Positions 20,316 to 35,339 of a stretch of DNA of 64,000 bases are shown here, piece by piece. This DNA is from an uncultured Dehalococcoidia bacterium. GTDB taxonomy: Bacteria > Chloroflexota > Dehalococcoidia > Bin125. The stretch covers positions 1,187,468 to 1,251,467 of the forward strand of contig CATQGW010000001.1 of assembly GCA_958295515.1 (NCBI GenBank), read 5' to 3'. Within the stretch, counting starts at the first letter, position 1. Every line of letters begins with the position of its first letter. The position numbers were made by a program, and so were the translations under genes. A model generated the notes under the pieces. It was given only the letters and a program-made list of their open reading frames with translations, was not told where the DNA came from and ran no database searches.

Positions 20316-20346
20316 GAGCCGCCCCTCTTCGGGCGGCTTTGTGCTT
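20316..20346 (+). terminator. Probable intrinsic terminator after 5S
   Basis: AGCCGCCC-CTCTTC-GGGCGGCT hairpin followed by TTGTGCTT. Confidence 0.65.
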
Positions 20347-20444
20347 GCCGGCGCATCTCGGCGGCGCGCACCGCGCGCTGTGCTAGCCTGCGCGAACCTA
20401 CGGAAAGGGGGCGGGCGCGACTTCGGTTGCGCCCCACTGCAAGT

Positions 20445-21863
20445 TTGACGACAGAAATCACCGAAACGACCACCATCGAGGCGGCTCCGCCGCCGACCGC
20501 TCCCATCGCCACCGAAGCGCCGCCCGCTCCGCCGCCCGCCGCCGACTCCATGGAGGCGCTGCTGGCCGAGGAAGGCCGCGAGCCGCTCAATCCCCAGCGC
20601 GGCGATGTCATTGAGGGCGTCGTCGTCCACTGGAGCGGCGCCGCGCTGATCGTCGACGTCGGCGCCAAATCCGAGGGTGTGGTTCACCCCGAGGAGATGC
20701 GCTCGCTCGACATCCCCGACCGCGAAATGCTCAAAACCGGCGACATGATCCATGTCTACGTGACCGATTCCGAAGCCGAGGGCGGCGCGCTGGAGCTGTC
20801 GATCGACCGCGCCCGCGGCGAGCAGGGCTGGCACGAACTCCAGCGCCGCCACGACGCCGGCGAGGTCTTCGACGGCCGCGTGACCGGCAGCAACAAGGGC
20901 GGTCTGTTGGTCAACGTCGAGGGCGTCAACGCCTTCGTCCCGCTCAGCCAGATTGTCGGCATCACCGGCGACCGCGAGCAGGCCATCGCCCAGCTGAGCG
21001 AATACGAAGGCCGCTCGCTGCGCTTCAAGGTGATCGAAATCAATCGCCGCCGCAACCGCGTGATCCTCTCCGAGCGCGCCGCCGTGCAGGAATGGCGCGC
21101 CGAGCAGAAAGATCGCCTGCTCGACGAGCTGCACGAGAACGAAATCCGCACCGGGCGGATCACCAGCATCCGACCGTTCGGCGTCTTCGTCGACCTCGGC
21201 GGGGCGGACGGCCTCGCGCACCTCTCCGAGCTCTCTTGGGAGCGCGATGTGGACCCCGAGGCGATGTTCACCATCGGCCAGAGCGTCAACGTCTACATCA
21301 CCAAGATCGACAAAGATTCGAAGAAGATCGGCCTCTCGATTCGCCGCGCTTCGCCCGAGCAGTGGGACGAAGTGGTGGCCCGCTTCGAGGTCGGCCAGAT
21401 GGTGCCCAGCACGGTCACCAAGCTGGTCACCTTCGGCGCGTTCGCGCGGCTCGAAGGCCCCGTCGAGGGGCTGGTGCATGTCTCCGAGCTGGCCGACCGC
21501 CGCATCACCCACCCGCGCGAGGTGGTCGTTGAGGGCGACATCATCCCGGCCAAGATCGTGCGGATCGAGCGCGATCGCCATCGTCTCGGCCTGAGCCTGC
21601 GCCAGGCCCGCACCGACGCGGAGCGCGCCGGCTGGATGTTCAACTCCGAAGGCGGCATTGCCCGCCTGCCCGACGATGTGGCCGAGCAGTTCGGTATCGA
21701 GCAGGGCGAAGCCCCGCCGCCGCCGCCGCCCAGCGAAGAGGCCGCCCCCGCCGGCGCGCCCCAGCCCGCCGCGGAGCCGGCGCTCCCCGCCCCGACCACG
21801 GCGATGGAGGAAGCCCTGCAGCGCGCCGGTGTCACGGATCGCGACTTCGGCTCGAACGGGTAG
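20445..21863 (+). CDS. rpsA: 30S ribosomal protein S1 (four S1 domains)
   Basis: VDVGAKSEG, NKGGLLV..AFVPLSQ, PFGVFVDLGGADGLAHLSELSW, TFGAFARLEGPVEGLVHVSEL; start uncertain (TTG 20445 or 20427). Confidence 0.92.
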   Translation: MTTEITETTTIEAAPPPTAPIATEAPPAPPPAADSMEALLAEEGREPLNPQRGDVIEGVVVHWSGAALIVDVGAKSEGVVHPEEMRSLDIPDREMLKTGDMIHVYVTDSEAEGGALELSIDRARGEQGWHELQRRHDAGEVFDGRVTGSNKGGLLVNVEGVNAFVPLSQIVGITGDREQAIAQLSEYEGRSLRFKVIEINRRRNRVILSERAAVQEWRAEQKDRLLDELHENEIRTGRITSIRPFGVFVDLGGADGLAHLSELSWERDVDPEAMFTIGQSVNVYITKIDKDSKKIGLSIRRASPEQWDEVVARFEVGQMVPSTVTKLVTFGAFARLEGPVEGLVHVSELADRRITHPREVVVEGDIIPAKIVRIERDRHRLGLSLRQARTDAERAGWMFNSEGGIARLPDDVAEQFGIEQGEAPPPPPPSEEAAPAGAPQPAAEPALPAPTTAMEEALQRAGVTDRDFGSNG

Positions 21864-21878
21864 CCCCGCCCCCACTTC

Positions 21879-22047
21879 CGTCATTCCCGCCCCCGAGCGG
21901 GAATCTCCCCGTCCGAATCTCCGAAGCCCCGCCATGGGATTCCCGCTTTCGCGGGAATGACGGAGGACGGGACGGGAATGACGGAGGATGGGGTGGGAAT
22001 GACGGAGGACGGGGCGGGAATGACGGAGGATGCGGCGGGAATGACCG
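21879..22047. repeat. Inverted REP doublet followed by 5 x 21-bp tandem half-units
   Basis: CGTCATTCCCGC..GCGGGAATCTC forward at 21879, reverse copy 21936-21963; GGGAATGAC(GGAGGA) recurs at 21953, 21974, 21995, 22016, 22037. Confidence 0.92.
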
Positions 22048-22133
22048 CATTGGGGCGATCAAACTGCATGGACGCTGTTCGCGGCTAGCTGGTAGGCTGA
22101 TTTCACACGAGCGAGCGTGTACGGGAGGGTGTC

Positions 22134-24680
<2,547 letters not shown>

Positions 24681-24719
24681 CCCCCTCCTGCACCACCGCC
24701 GCTGTTCCGCGCCTCACTC

Positions 24720-24747
24720 CGTCATTCCCGCGTTCGCGGGAATGACG
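24720..24747. repeat. Collapsed REP doublet, perfect hairpin between convergent clpC and rodA
   Basis: CGTCATTCCCGCG-TT-CGCGGGAATGACG. Confidence 0.9.
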
Positions 24748-24761
24748 AGACGCAACAACCC

Positions 24762-25880
24762 TCACGCCCCGCGCGGACGATGATCCTCCCGCCAGGCCAA
24801 CACGCTTTGCAGCAATCCCAACCCCACGAACAGCATCAGCAGCGACGAATTGCCGATGCTGATGAACGGCAGCGGAATGCCGGTGACCGGCAGCAGGCGA
24901 ATGTTGATCGCCACGTTGATGAACGCCTGCACCGCGATCATCGTCAGCATTCCCACCGCCAGCAGCTGGCCGAGCGGCTCGGGCGAGCGCGAGGCCACCC
25001 GCAGAATGCGGAACAACAGCAAGATCATCAGCCCGAACAACACCATCGCCCCGACAAAGCCCAGCTCCTCGCCGATCACCGTGAAGATGAAGTCCGTCGT
25101 CTGAATGCGCACGAAATCGAGCTGCGTCTGCGTGCCCTGCGTCAGCCCCTGCCCCCACAGCCCGCCCGAACCGACCGAGGTCTCCGCCTGAATCACGTTG
25201 AAGCCCGCTCCCTGCGGATCCGATGTGGGGTCGATGAACGCGCGGATGCGATCGCGCTGGTAGTCCTGCACGTTGGCCGCCAGCCCGACCGGGATCAGGC
25301 AAAGCCCAATCGCCAGCAGAATCAGATAGTGGCGCAGCCGCGCGCCGGCGAAGGCGGTCATCACCAGCCAGAGCGCCACGAACACGATCGCGCTGCCCGC
25401 GTCCGGCTCCAGGAAGACCAGCGCCGCCGGCAGCGCCGTGATCAGCAGCGAGGCCCCGAACACCCGAAACTCCTGCAGACGGTCGCGGTAGTCGGTCAAG
25501 AATTTGGCGAGCCCGATGATCGTCATCAGCTTGCCGATCTCCGAAGCCTGCACCACCGTGAAGCCGAGATCGAACCAGCGCCGCGAGCCGAACTCCTCGC
25601 TGCCCAGGAACAACACCGCGATCAGCACCACGATGCCGAAGCCGTAGGCCAGCCAGCCCAGCGCGTCGATCAGCCGGTAATCCACCCGCGTCATCGCGAT
25701 CATCAGCAGCGCGCCGACCGCGGCGAACCCGATGTGCCGCTGCACCTCGCTGGACAGCACGAACCCCTCCGCGCCGCGCGGCAGCGAGGCGCTGTAGATG
25801 ACCAGCGCGCCGTAGGCGGTCAGCGCCAGCGCGGCGACCAGCAACAGCGGATCGAAGTGTCGCCAGGAATACCCGGTCAT
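24762..25880 (-). CDS. rodA: Rod shape-determining protein RodA (SEDS family)
   Basis: GSRRWF, QASEIGK, EPDAGS, TDFIFTVIGEELGFVG, PVTGIPLPFIS; follows PBP2 in the mre operon. Confidence 0.93.
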   Translation of the reverse strand: MTGYSWRHFDPLLLVAALALTAYGALVIYSASLPRGAEGFVLSSEVQRHIGFAAVGALLMIAMTRVDYRLIDALGWLAYGFGIVVLIAVLFLGSEEFGSRRWFDLGFTVVQASEIGKLMTIIGLAKFLTDYRDRLQEFRVFGASLLITALPAALVFLEPDAGSAIVFVALWLVMTAFAGARLRHYLILLAIGLCLIPVGLAANVQDYQRDRIRAFIDPTSDPQGAGFNVIQAETSVGSGGLWGQGLTQGTQTQLDFVRIQTTDFIFTVIGEELGFVGAMVLFGLMILLLFRILRVASRSPEPLGQLLAVGMLTMIAVQAFINVAINIRLLPVTGIPLPFISIGNSSLLMLFVGLGLLQSVLAWREDHRPRGA

Positions 25881-27937
25881 TGCGGCGACCTCGCACGAAT
25901 CTCGCGGAACAACCGCTCGTTTTCCTCATCCGTAATCGCGATGCGCGCGTAGGGCGGCGCGACCGCGTCCTCGATCGCGCCCGAGGTCTCCGCCCAGGCG
26001 CGCAAAATCTCACCGCCCGCGCCGGCCGACAGATAGCCAGCCCCGAACTCGAAGAAGACCGCAAGCGCGATCTGCGGATCGTCGAACGGCGCAAACGCGA
26101 TAAACCAGCCGTGCGTCGGCCCCTCCGCGCCGTCTGCGCCCTCCGCCGGGCCCGTCTGGGCGAACTCGGCGGTGCCCGTCTTGCCGCCGATCATCATCTC
26201 CGGCAGCGCCACCAGCGCGTCGTGCGAGGTGCCCGCCAGCGTCGACAGCGCCATCCCCTCCCGAATCACCCGCAGCGCCTCCGGGTCGATCTCCAGCTGA
26301 CGGCGCACGATCGGCTGGAACGGCTGCACCAGATTGCCGTCGGAATCGCGAACCTCGTAGACGATCCGCGGCTCATAGACCGTCCCGCCGTTGGCAATCG
26401 CCGCCATCGCCACCGCCATCTGCAGCGGAGTCACCGCCACGAAACCCTGCCCGATCGCGAAGTTGTAGGTGTCGCCGTCCACCCACGGCTCGCCGAAGGT
26501 CTCCTGCTTCAGCTCGGGGTCGGGGATTAACCCCCCCACCTCGCCGGCGATATCAATGCCCGTGGGGCTGTCGAAGCCGAACGCGCGCGCCCACTGCGCC
26601 AGCTTGCGCGCGCCGACCCCGTCAAACTCCACATCGCCCGCCACGATCCCCTCCGCCGCCAGCGCATCAAGCCGCTCCTGCTCGGACGGATGCCGCTCCG
26701 CCGCCTCGGGATGCCGATAGGGCGAGCCGCCCGCCAGATAGAAGAAATACACATTGCTCGACTCCGCCAGCGCCTGCCGAAAGTCGTACGTGCCCTGCAC
26801 CGTGTCGCCGAAGGTGTACTGGATGCCCGGATTCAGCTCGTTGTCCACGACCAGCCGCCCCGGCGAGTAAATCCGCGTCTCCGGCTCAACCGCGCCTTCC
26901 GCCAGCGCCGCCGCCGCGGTGATCACCTTGAACGTGGAGCCGGGCGGATGCGCGTCGGCGATCGCGTGGTTGCGCAGCGGCTGGCGATCCGCGTCGTTCA
27001 GCGCCGCCCACTGCTCCGGCGTCAGCCCGTCCTGAAAGCCGTTCAGATCGTAGGTCGGGATCGAGACCATCGAGAGCACTTCGCCGGTATGCACATTGAG
27101 CACCACCGCCGCCGCGTAGTGCGACGCGCCGGCGTGCGCCTGCAAAATCTCCTGCACGCGCGTCTGTAGCTCGAGATCGATGGTGACCACCAGGCTCTGC
27201 CCCGGCCCGGGCGTCTCGGTGCTCAGCTCGCGCAGCTCGCGGCCCACCGCGTCCACCTCGATCTGTCGCCGACCGGGCTCGCCGCGCAACAGCGCCTCGT
27301 ACGCCGCCTCCAGGCCCGTCTGCCCGATCTTGTCGCTGTAGAGGTACCGCTCGTCGGCCAGCGCCGCGTATTCCTCTTCAGTGATCCAGTGGACATAGCC
27401 CAAAATGTGCGCCAGCTGCTCGCTGTGGCGATAGCGCCGCTCTGTGACCGTCTCCACCTGCACGCCCGGCAGCCGCGCCTGCCGCGTCGAAATGTCGAAC
27501 ACCGCCGAGTCGGTCGGGTCGTCGGAGATCACCAGCGTCCGCAGCGGATCGTTGCTCGCCTTGCGTTCCAGAATGCGCTGCTCAATCTCCCACGCCGGCG
27601 TGCCGAACAGCTCCGCCAACGCCTCCGCCACCACCGCCTCCTCACCGTCGGGCACATCGCCGGGGATCAGCGTCACGCGCCAGGCCGGCTCGTTCTCCAC
27701 CAACGGCGTGCCGTCGCGCGTCAGAATCAGCCCCCGCGCCGGCGCGAGGTCAATCGTGCGCACCCGGTTGATGTCCGCCCGCGCCGCGTATTCCTCATGC
27801 TTGAGCAGCTGCAAGCGCACCAGCTGCGCGGTCAGAATCCCGAACAGCAGCAGCACCAGGCCGCCCAGAATCCAGACTTTGAGCCGGACCGGCAGCCCCT
27901 CCGCGGGCGGCTCGAGCGCCGACGGCAGCCGCGCCAT
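25877..27937 (-). CDS. mrdA: Penicillin-binding protein 2
   Basis: TM anchor, PARGLILTRDG, PPGSTFK (SxxK), SSN (SxN), GGKTGTAE (KTG). Confidence 0.94.
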   Translation of the reverse strand: MARLPSALEPPAEGLPVRLKVWILGGLVLLLFGILTAQLVRLQLLKHEEYAARADINRVRTIDLAPARGLILTRDGTPLVENEPAWRVTLIPGDVPDGEEAVVAEALAELFGTPAWEIEQRILERKASNDPLRTLVISDDPTDSAVFDISTRQARLPGVQVETVTERRYRHSEQLAHILGYVHWITEEEYAALADERYLYSDKIGQTGLEAAYEALLRGEPGRRQIEVDAVGRELRELSTETPGPGQSLVVTIDLELQTRVQEILQAHAGASHYAAAVVLNVHTGEVLSMVSIPTYDLNGFQDGLTPEQWAALNDADRQPLRNHAIADAHPPGSTFKVITAAAALAEGAVEPETRIYSPGRLVVDNELNPGIQYTFGDTVQGTYDFRQALAESSNVYFFYLAGGSPYRHPEAAERHPSEQERLDALAAEGIVAGDVEFDGVGARKLAQWARAFGFDSPTGIDIAGEVGGLIPDPELKQETFGEPWVDGDTYNFAIGQGFVAVTPLQMAVAMAAIANGGTVYEPRIVYEVRDSDGNLVQPFQPIVRRQLEIDPEALRVIREGMALSTLAGTSHDALVALPEMMIGGKTGTAEFAQTGPAEGADGAEGPTHGWFIAFAPFDDPQIALAVFFEFGAGYLSAGAGGEILRAWAETSGAIEDAVAPPYARIAITDEENERLFREIRARSPQ

Positions 27938-28434
27938 CAGAGCGGAATCCGCTCGGCGCGCGGCGCGGCCAGCGTGCGCGCCACGGCGTAGACCGGCAGC
28001 GTCAGCAGCAGGTTCACCGCCACCCCCGGCAGCATCACGTCGCGCACCGCCTCAATCCAGTTCACTCCCGTCGTGCCGAGCTCCACCGCCACCGCCAGCA
28101 CCGCGAAATGCAGCGCCGAGGCCGCTGCGGTCAGCAGCAGCGCGGCCAGCCAGTGCGGTCGGTCGGGATCGCCGCGCCAGAGCAGCGCCGCAAAGCCGAT
28201 CGGCGCGAGCGCCGCGACGCTCTCCGCGATCCCCTGAAACGCCAGCAGCCCCATACCCAGCCCCGCCAGCGGCGCGGCGATCATCGTCTCCTGCGGGTCC
28301 CGCAGGATCGCCAGGCAGCACAGCGAGACCAGCAGCAGGTTCGGTCCCACCCCGAAAATCTCGAACAGCGGCGCGATCGACGTCTGAAACAACACCAGCG
28401 CCAGCACCACAGCGACCAGAATCGGCCACCTCAT
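27937..28434 (-). CDS. mreD: Rod shape-determining protein MreD
   Basis: 165-aa polytopic membrane protein with GVGPNLLLV, between mreC and mrdA. Confidence 0.8.
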   Translation of the reverse strand: MRWPILVAVVLALVLFQTSIAPLFEIFGVGPNLLLVSLCCLAILRDPQETMIAAPLAGLGMGLLAFQGIAESVAALAPIGFAALLWRGDPDRPHWLAALLLTAAASALHFAVLAVAVELGTTGVNWIEAVRDVMLPGVAVNLLLTLPVYAVARTLAAPRAERIPL

Positions 28435-29285
28435 GGCGCACCCTGAGCCGCCGCCGGCTCTGCGCCGCCCCGCAGGTCGGGTGGCGCGAAGGTCAGCTGC
28501 ACCAGCACCTGCTCCAGCTGCGCGAGCGGCGCGAGCGGCTGGAGCCGCACCTGGCGAAACGCTTCTTGCACGCTGCCGGTCGCCGACGAGACCCGCGCGA
28601 TCGGCAAGCCCTGCGGCAGCAGCCCGTCCAGCCCCGACGTGACGAAGATGTGCCCCAGCTCCACCTCGGCGCTCCAGGGCAGCTGCGCGTTGAGGTTGCC
28701 CAGCGTGTCGCCGGTCGCCACGCTCTCCGTTCGGCTGGGCTGGTGCAGCACCCGGATCGCACTGTCCGGATCGGTGATCAGCCGCACATAACAGGAGCCG
28801 GGGCGCACCTCGGTCACGATCCCCACCAGCGTGCCGCCCGTCGCCAGCACCGGCATGCCCACCGCCACCCCGTCCGCACTGCCCCGATCCAGCCCCACAA
28901 TCGTGCGCAGCCCGGTCAGGTCGCGGATGATCACCCGCGCCGGCAGCAGCAGGTCCTCCGATTCCGCCTGCACCTCCAGCAGCTCGGCGCGTCCGCTCAC
29001 TTGCAGCTGCAGCTCGCGCAGTCGCGCATTCTGCGCCTCCAGCTGCTCGATCCGCTGCCGCAGCGCGCGGTTCTCTTCCTCCAGACGGTCGAAATCATCC
29101 AGCTCCGAGACCAGGTTGGCCAGCGGCTCCGCCGCCTGCCGCAGCCCGCGTTGCACGGGCGCGAAAAACGACGCCGTCTCATCCTCCACCGGCGCGTCCC
29201 AGCCCTGCCAAACGACCAGCGCCAGCAGCGCGATCAGCACCACCAGACCGATGGCCCATTGCAGACGCGGCCGCCCGAAACGCAC
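28431..29285 (-). CDS. mreC: Rod shape-determining protein MreC
   Basis: TM helix, coiled coil (LEEENRALR), LDRGSADGVAVGMPV, FVTSGLDGLLPQGLPI. Confidence 0.92.
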   Translation of the reverse strand: MRFGRPRLQWAIGLVVLIALLALVVWQGWDAPVEDETASFFAPVQRGLRQAAEPLANLVSELDDFDRLEEENRALRQRIEQLEAQNARLRELQLQVSGRAELLEVQAESEDLLLPARVIIRDLTGLRTIVGLDRGSADGVAVGMPVLATGGTLVGIVTEVRPGSCYVRLITDPDSAIRVLHQPSRTESVATGDTLGNLNAQLPWSAEVELGHIFVTSGLDGLLPQGLPIARVSSATGSVQEAFRQVRLQPLAPLAQLEQVLVQLTFAPPDLRGGAEPAAAQGAP

Positions 29286-29294
29286 GGTCGGCTC

Positions 29295-30356
29295 CTATCG
29301 GCGACGCGCCGGCGCCGTTTGCGACCCCACCCGCCCCAGCGCTTCCAGCGCCGTCAGCGCTTCCGTGCAGCCGCGCACCACGCAGGTCAGCGGCGACTCT
29401 GCGACATAGGCCGGAAAGCGTGTCTCCTGCGAGATGCGGCGGTCCAGACCCGGCAGCAGCGCGCCGCCGCCGGCCAGCGCCACGCCCTGCGTCATCATGT
29501 CCGAGACCAGCTCCGCCGGCGTAATCTCCAGCGTCTTGCGCACCGCATCAACCACCGCCGCCACCGCCGGCGCGATCGCGTCGCGCAGCTCCACCGTGCT
29601 CACCTCAATCGTCTTGGGCAGCGAGGAGGTCAGGTCGCGCCCGCGGAAGTTGACCGTGCGCTCCCGTTCCAGCGGAAACGCCGACGCCCCCTCCAGCTTG
29701 ATCTGTTCCGCCGTCGCTTCGCCGATCTGCATGTTGTGTACCTGCCGCGCGTAGGTCATGATCGCCTGGTCAATCTCGTCGCCGGCCACGCGAATCGACG
29801 TGCTGACCACGATCCCGCCCATCGCGCAGACCGCGACTTCCGTCGTTCCCCCGCCCACATCCACAATGATGCTACCGCGCGCGTCAAATGTTGGCAGCCC
29901 TGCCCCAATCGCCGCCGCCATCGGCTCCTCGATCAGGTGCACCTCGCGCGCGCCGGCGTTGCGCGTCGCGTCGAACACCGCGCGCTTCTCCACCTCCGTC
30001 GCCCCGCTCGGCAGCCCGACCATCACGCGCGGACCGCGCAGACCCAGCCCGCTGCGGGTGTGCGCCGCGTGGATGAAATAGTGCAGCATCCGCTCGGTCA
30101 CCTCGAAGTCCGAGATCACCCCGTCGCGCAGCGGGCGCACCGCCACAATGTGCGCCGGCGTGCGCCCCACCATCGTCTTCGCCTCCGCCCCAATCGCGAG
30201 CACCGAGCGGTTGGTGCGGTCAATCGCCACCACCGACGGCTCGTCGATCACGATCCCCCGCCCGCGCACCGCCACCAGCGTGTTGGCCGTCCCCAGGTCG
30301 ATCCCGATGTCGTGCGAGAAGCGGCTAGTGAGCCAGCCAAAAGGTCGCCAGGCCAT
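29295..30356 (-). CDS. mreB: Rod shape-determining protein MreB
   Basis: DIGIDLGTANT, RPLRDGVISDF, IEEPMAAAIGAG, DVGGGTTE, LAGGGALL; start uncertain. Confidence 0.96.
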   Translation of the reverse strand: MAWRPFGWLTSRFSHDIGIDLGTANTLVAVRGRGIVIDEPSVVAIDRTNRSVLAIGAEAKTMVGRTPAHIVAVRPLRDGVISDFEVTERMLHYFIHAAHTRSGLGLRGPRVMVGLPSGATEVEKRAVFDATRNAGAREVHLIEEPMAAAIGAGLPTFDARGSIIVDVGGGTTEVAVCAMGGIVVSTSIRVAGDEIDQAIMTYARQVHNMQIGEATAEQIKLEGASAFPLERERTVNFRGRDLTSSLPKTIEVSTVELRDAIAPAVAAVVDAVRKTLEITPAELVSDMMTQGVALAGGGALLPGLDRRISQETRFPAYVAESPLTCVVRGCTEALTALEALGRVGSQTAPARRR

Positions 30357-30514
30357 CGCAAACACTTCCGCTCGATGCCGCCGCAACCGCGAGTCCGGCG
30401 TCAGCGCCCGCTGACCGTCCTAATTCAACTCACGATACCGCGTACCCCACCCTCAAGCCCGCCCCGCATTACGCAACCGCAACGCCTCCCTCGCCGTCCG
30501 CGCCCGCAATCCCC

Positions 30515-30850
30515 CTACTCGCCCAACTCGCGGTAAAAGCAGGAAGCATGCCCGGTGTGGCAAGTCGGCCCGGCCGGCTCCGCGCGGACCAGCAGCGCGT
30601 CCACATCGCAGTCCTTGCGGATGCCCCGCAGCCTGAGCACGTTCCCGCTTGTCTCGCCCTTGGTCCAATACTCCTCGCGGCTGCGGCTCCAGAACGTCAC
30701 CAGACGCTTCTCCAGCGTCCGCCGCAGCGCCTCCGCGTCCATGTAGCCCAGCATCAGCACCGCCCCGCTCGCGTCGTCCTGCACAATCGCCGCGATCAGA
30801 CCGTTGGCGTCGTACTTCAGCTCGGGGAGCTCTTCAGAGAACGTCGTCAT
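30515..30850 (-). CDS. hisI: Phosphoribosyl-AMP cyclohydrolase
   Basis: [32 protein letters not shown]. Confidence 0.95.
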   Translation of the reverse strand: MTTFSEELPELKYDANGLIAAIVQDDASGAVLMLGYMDAEALRRTLEKRLVTFWSRSREEYWTKGETSGNVLRLRGIRKDCDVDALLVRAEPAGPTCHTGHASCFYRELGE

Positions 30851-31619
30851 AATCGGCGCGCTCCATTCTGACCGGGATACCGGCCTGCTGCATCTGGCGT
30901 TTCACGTCGGCGATCCGATGGGTTCCAAAGTGGAAGATGCTGGCCGCCAGCACCGCGTCGGCGCGGCCCTCGCGCACCGCCTCGATCATGTGCTGCGAGT
31001 CGCCCGCGCCGCCGCTGGCGATCACGGGAACCTCCACGGCGTCGGAGACGGCGCGCGTGAGCGGGATGTCGTAGCCGTCCTGGTGGCCGTCGGTGTTCAT
31101 CGAGGTCAGCATAATTTCGCCCGCGCCGCGCTCCACCACCTCGCGCGCCCAATCCACCGCGTCAAGCTCGGTCGGGCGGCGCCCGCCGTGGGTGTAGACG
31201 CGCATCCGCCCATCGGCCTCGGTGTGGGCGTCGATGGCGACGACAATGCACTGGCTGCCGAAACGCTGCGCACCCTCCGAAATCAGCGCCGGCCGCTGCA
31301 CGGCGGCGGTGTTGATCGTGATCTTGTCCGCGCCCGATTCGAGCATCAGACGCATATCGTCAGTCGTGCGCAGCCCGCCGCCGACCGTGAAGGGGATGAA
31401 GACCCGGTCCGCGGTGCTGCGCACCATCTCGACCACCGTGTTGCGGTGCTCGTGCGAGGCGGTGATGTCGAGGAAGACCAGCTCGTCGATCCCCTCGCGG
31501 TCATAGACCGCAGCCATCTCGACCGGATCGCCGGCGTCGCGCAACTCCACGAAGGAGATGCCCTTGACCACGCGCCCGGCATCCACATCGAAGCAGGCGA
31601 TCACGCGCTTGGTCAGCAT
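30834..31619 (-). CDS. hisF: Imidazole glycerol phosphate synthase subunit HisF
   Basis: [47 protein letters not shown]. Confidence 0.97.
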   Translation of the reverse strand: MLTKRVIACFDVDAGRVVKGISFVELRDAGDPVEMAAVYDREGIDELVFLDITASHEHRNTVVEMVRSTADRVFIPFTVGGGLRTTDDMRLMLESGADKITINTAAVQRPALISEGAQRFGSQCIVVAIDAHTEADGRMRVYTHGGRRPTELDAVDWAREVVERGAGEIMLTSMNTDGHQDGYDIPLTRAVSDAVEVPVIASGGAGDSQHMIEAVREGRADAVLAASIFHFGTHRIADVKRQMQQAGIPVRMERADYDDVL

Positions 31620-32341
31620 TGTGCCTCCCCCGCCGCGGCAGTGATCGCCTCAGCCAGGCTGAGCCGCCCGTCGTAGAGCGCGCGTCCCAGCACCACCCCG
31701 GCCGCGCCGACCGTTCGCAGCTGCCGAATCTGCTCGACCGCGGCGATTCCGCCGGCGGCGATCACCGGGATCGAAACGGCCGCGGCGAGCCGCGCGAAGC
31801 TCGCCGCGTCGTGCCCGCCCAGCATCCCGTCGCTGGCGATATCGGTGTAGATCAGCCGCCGCACGCCGAGCGCTTCCAGCCGCTGCGCGACCTGCACGGC
31901 GTCCTGCCCGCTCGATTCGGTCCAGCCTTGCAGCGCGACTTTGCCGTCGCGCGCGTCCACGGAGACGACCAGATCGTCGCCGCCTTCAGCTAGCGCGCCG
32001 CGCAGAAACGCTTCGTCCACGATCGCGGCGGTGCCGACGATGATGCGGCCAACGCCGAGCGCGCGGTAGCGCGCAACCGTCGCCGCGTCGCGCACGCCGC
32101 CGCCCACCTGCACCGGCGCGCCCAGCGCGGCGATCCGTTCAACCGCCTCCGCGTTCACCGCCCGCCCTTCGCGCGCGCCGTCCAGATCGACGATGTGCAG
32201 GCGCGCCGCGCCCTGATCGATCCAGCGCTGCGCTGCGGCGGCGGGGTCCTGGTCGAACACGGTTTCGCGGTCGTAGTCGCCCTGCACGAGCCGCACGCAG
32301 CGCCCGCCGCGAATGTCGATCGCCGGCAGGATCTCGATCAT
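31613..32341 (-). CDS. hisA: ProFAR isomerase HisA
   Basis: [44 protein letters not shown]. Confidence 0.96.
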   Translation of the reverse strand: MIEILPAIDIRGGRCVRLVQGDYDRETVFDQDPAAAAQRWIDQGAARLHIVDLDGAREGRAVNAEAVERIAALGAPVQVGGGVRDAATVARYRALGVGRIIVGTAAIVDEAFLRGALAEGGDDLVVSVDARDGKVALQGWTESSGQDAVQVAQRLEALGVRRLIYTDIASDGMLGGHDAASFARLAAAVSIPVIAAGGIAAVEQIRQLRTVGAAGVVLGRALYDGRLSLAEAITAAAGEAQC

Positions 32342-33000
32342 GCCGCTGCGCTGCCCAGGCCGGCGAGGAAATTGCGATAGATGCGCAGCCCGTAGGCGCC
32401 GCTTTTCTCCGGATGAAACTGGGTGGCGGCGAGGTTGGAGCGCTGCACCACGGCGGTCAGCTCGACGCCGTACTCGGTGACGGCCAGCACATCGTCGGCC
32501 TCGCTGAGATCGCAGTAGTAGGAGTGGACGAAGTAGAAATACGCGCCGTCGGGGATGCCGTCGAACAGCGCGCTCGCGCGTCGCGGCCAGACCCGATTCC
32601 AGCCCATGTGCGGCACCTTGCGGCTGTCGTGTTGCCCGTCGTGCTGGCTGCCGGGCAGTCGCACGACGCGGCCGGGCAGCACATCGAGGCAGGGGTGGTC
32701 GCCGCCCTCGTCGGACGCGGTCATCAGCGCCTGGAGCCCCATGCAGACGCCGAGGAACGGTCGGTCGGCGGCGATGTATTCGCGGATCGGCTCGACCAGC
32801 CCGCGCTCGCGCAGGTTGCGCATCGTGTCCGCCGCCGCCCCCACGCCGGGCAGGATCACCGCGTCGGCCTCATCCAGCGCCGCTCCGACCGAGGCGACCT
32901 CGGGCCGCGCCCCGACCCGCTCCACGGCGCGCACCACCGAGCGCAGGTTGCCGGCGTCGTAGTCGAGGATGATCACGTCGAGCGCTGCGAGGTCGGTCAC
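32338..33000 (-). CDS. hisH: Imidazole glycerol phosphate synthase subunit HisH
   Basis: DYDAGNLRSV, LPGVG, GVCMGLQ, VPHMGWN, YFVHSY, QFHPEKS. Confidence 0.96.
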   Translation of the reverse strand: MTDLAALDVIILDYDAGNLRSVVRAVERVGARPEVASVGAALDEADAVILPGVGAAADTMRNLRERGLVEPIREYIAADRPFLGVCMGLQALMTASDEGGDHPCLDVLPGRVVRLPGSQHDGQHDSRKVPHMGWNRVWPRRASALFDGIPDGAYFYFVHSYYCDLSEADDVLAVTEYGVELTAVVQRSNLAATQFHPEKSGAYGLRIYRNFLAGLGSAAA

Positions 33001-33072
33001 ACCTGCGAGCGTATCAGGGGAGTGTTACGCGACGGGAATGGGACGGCTGCGCAACGCGCGGCGCGCTTATAG

Positions 33073-35325
<2,253 letters not shown>

Positions 35326-35339
35326 GCGCCGCAGCTTGG

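Noticed and set aside
21953-22047. Possible mini CRISPR array (15-bp constant part plus 6 variable bases)
   Set aside because: The period is only 21 bp, the variable parts resemble each other, the units are REP half-sites, and no cas genes are present.
21881-22069. Small ORFs with SSVIPA/VIPALAAGIS repeats (also 11-382, 2699-2956, 42540-42788)
   Set aside because: These are translations of the REP units; no RBS or coding context supports them.
27444-30536. Very long opposite-strand or alternate-frame ORFs (also 22434-24317, 33067-35301, 37264-39558, 42789-44852, 49260-51818, 58492-61152)
   Set aside because: Shadow ORFs of well-identified genes, expected at this GC content; low-complexity Arg/Ala/Pro/Gly translations without motifs.
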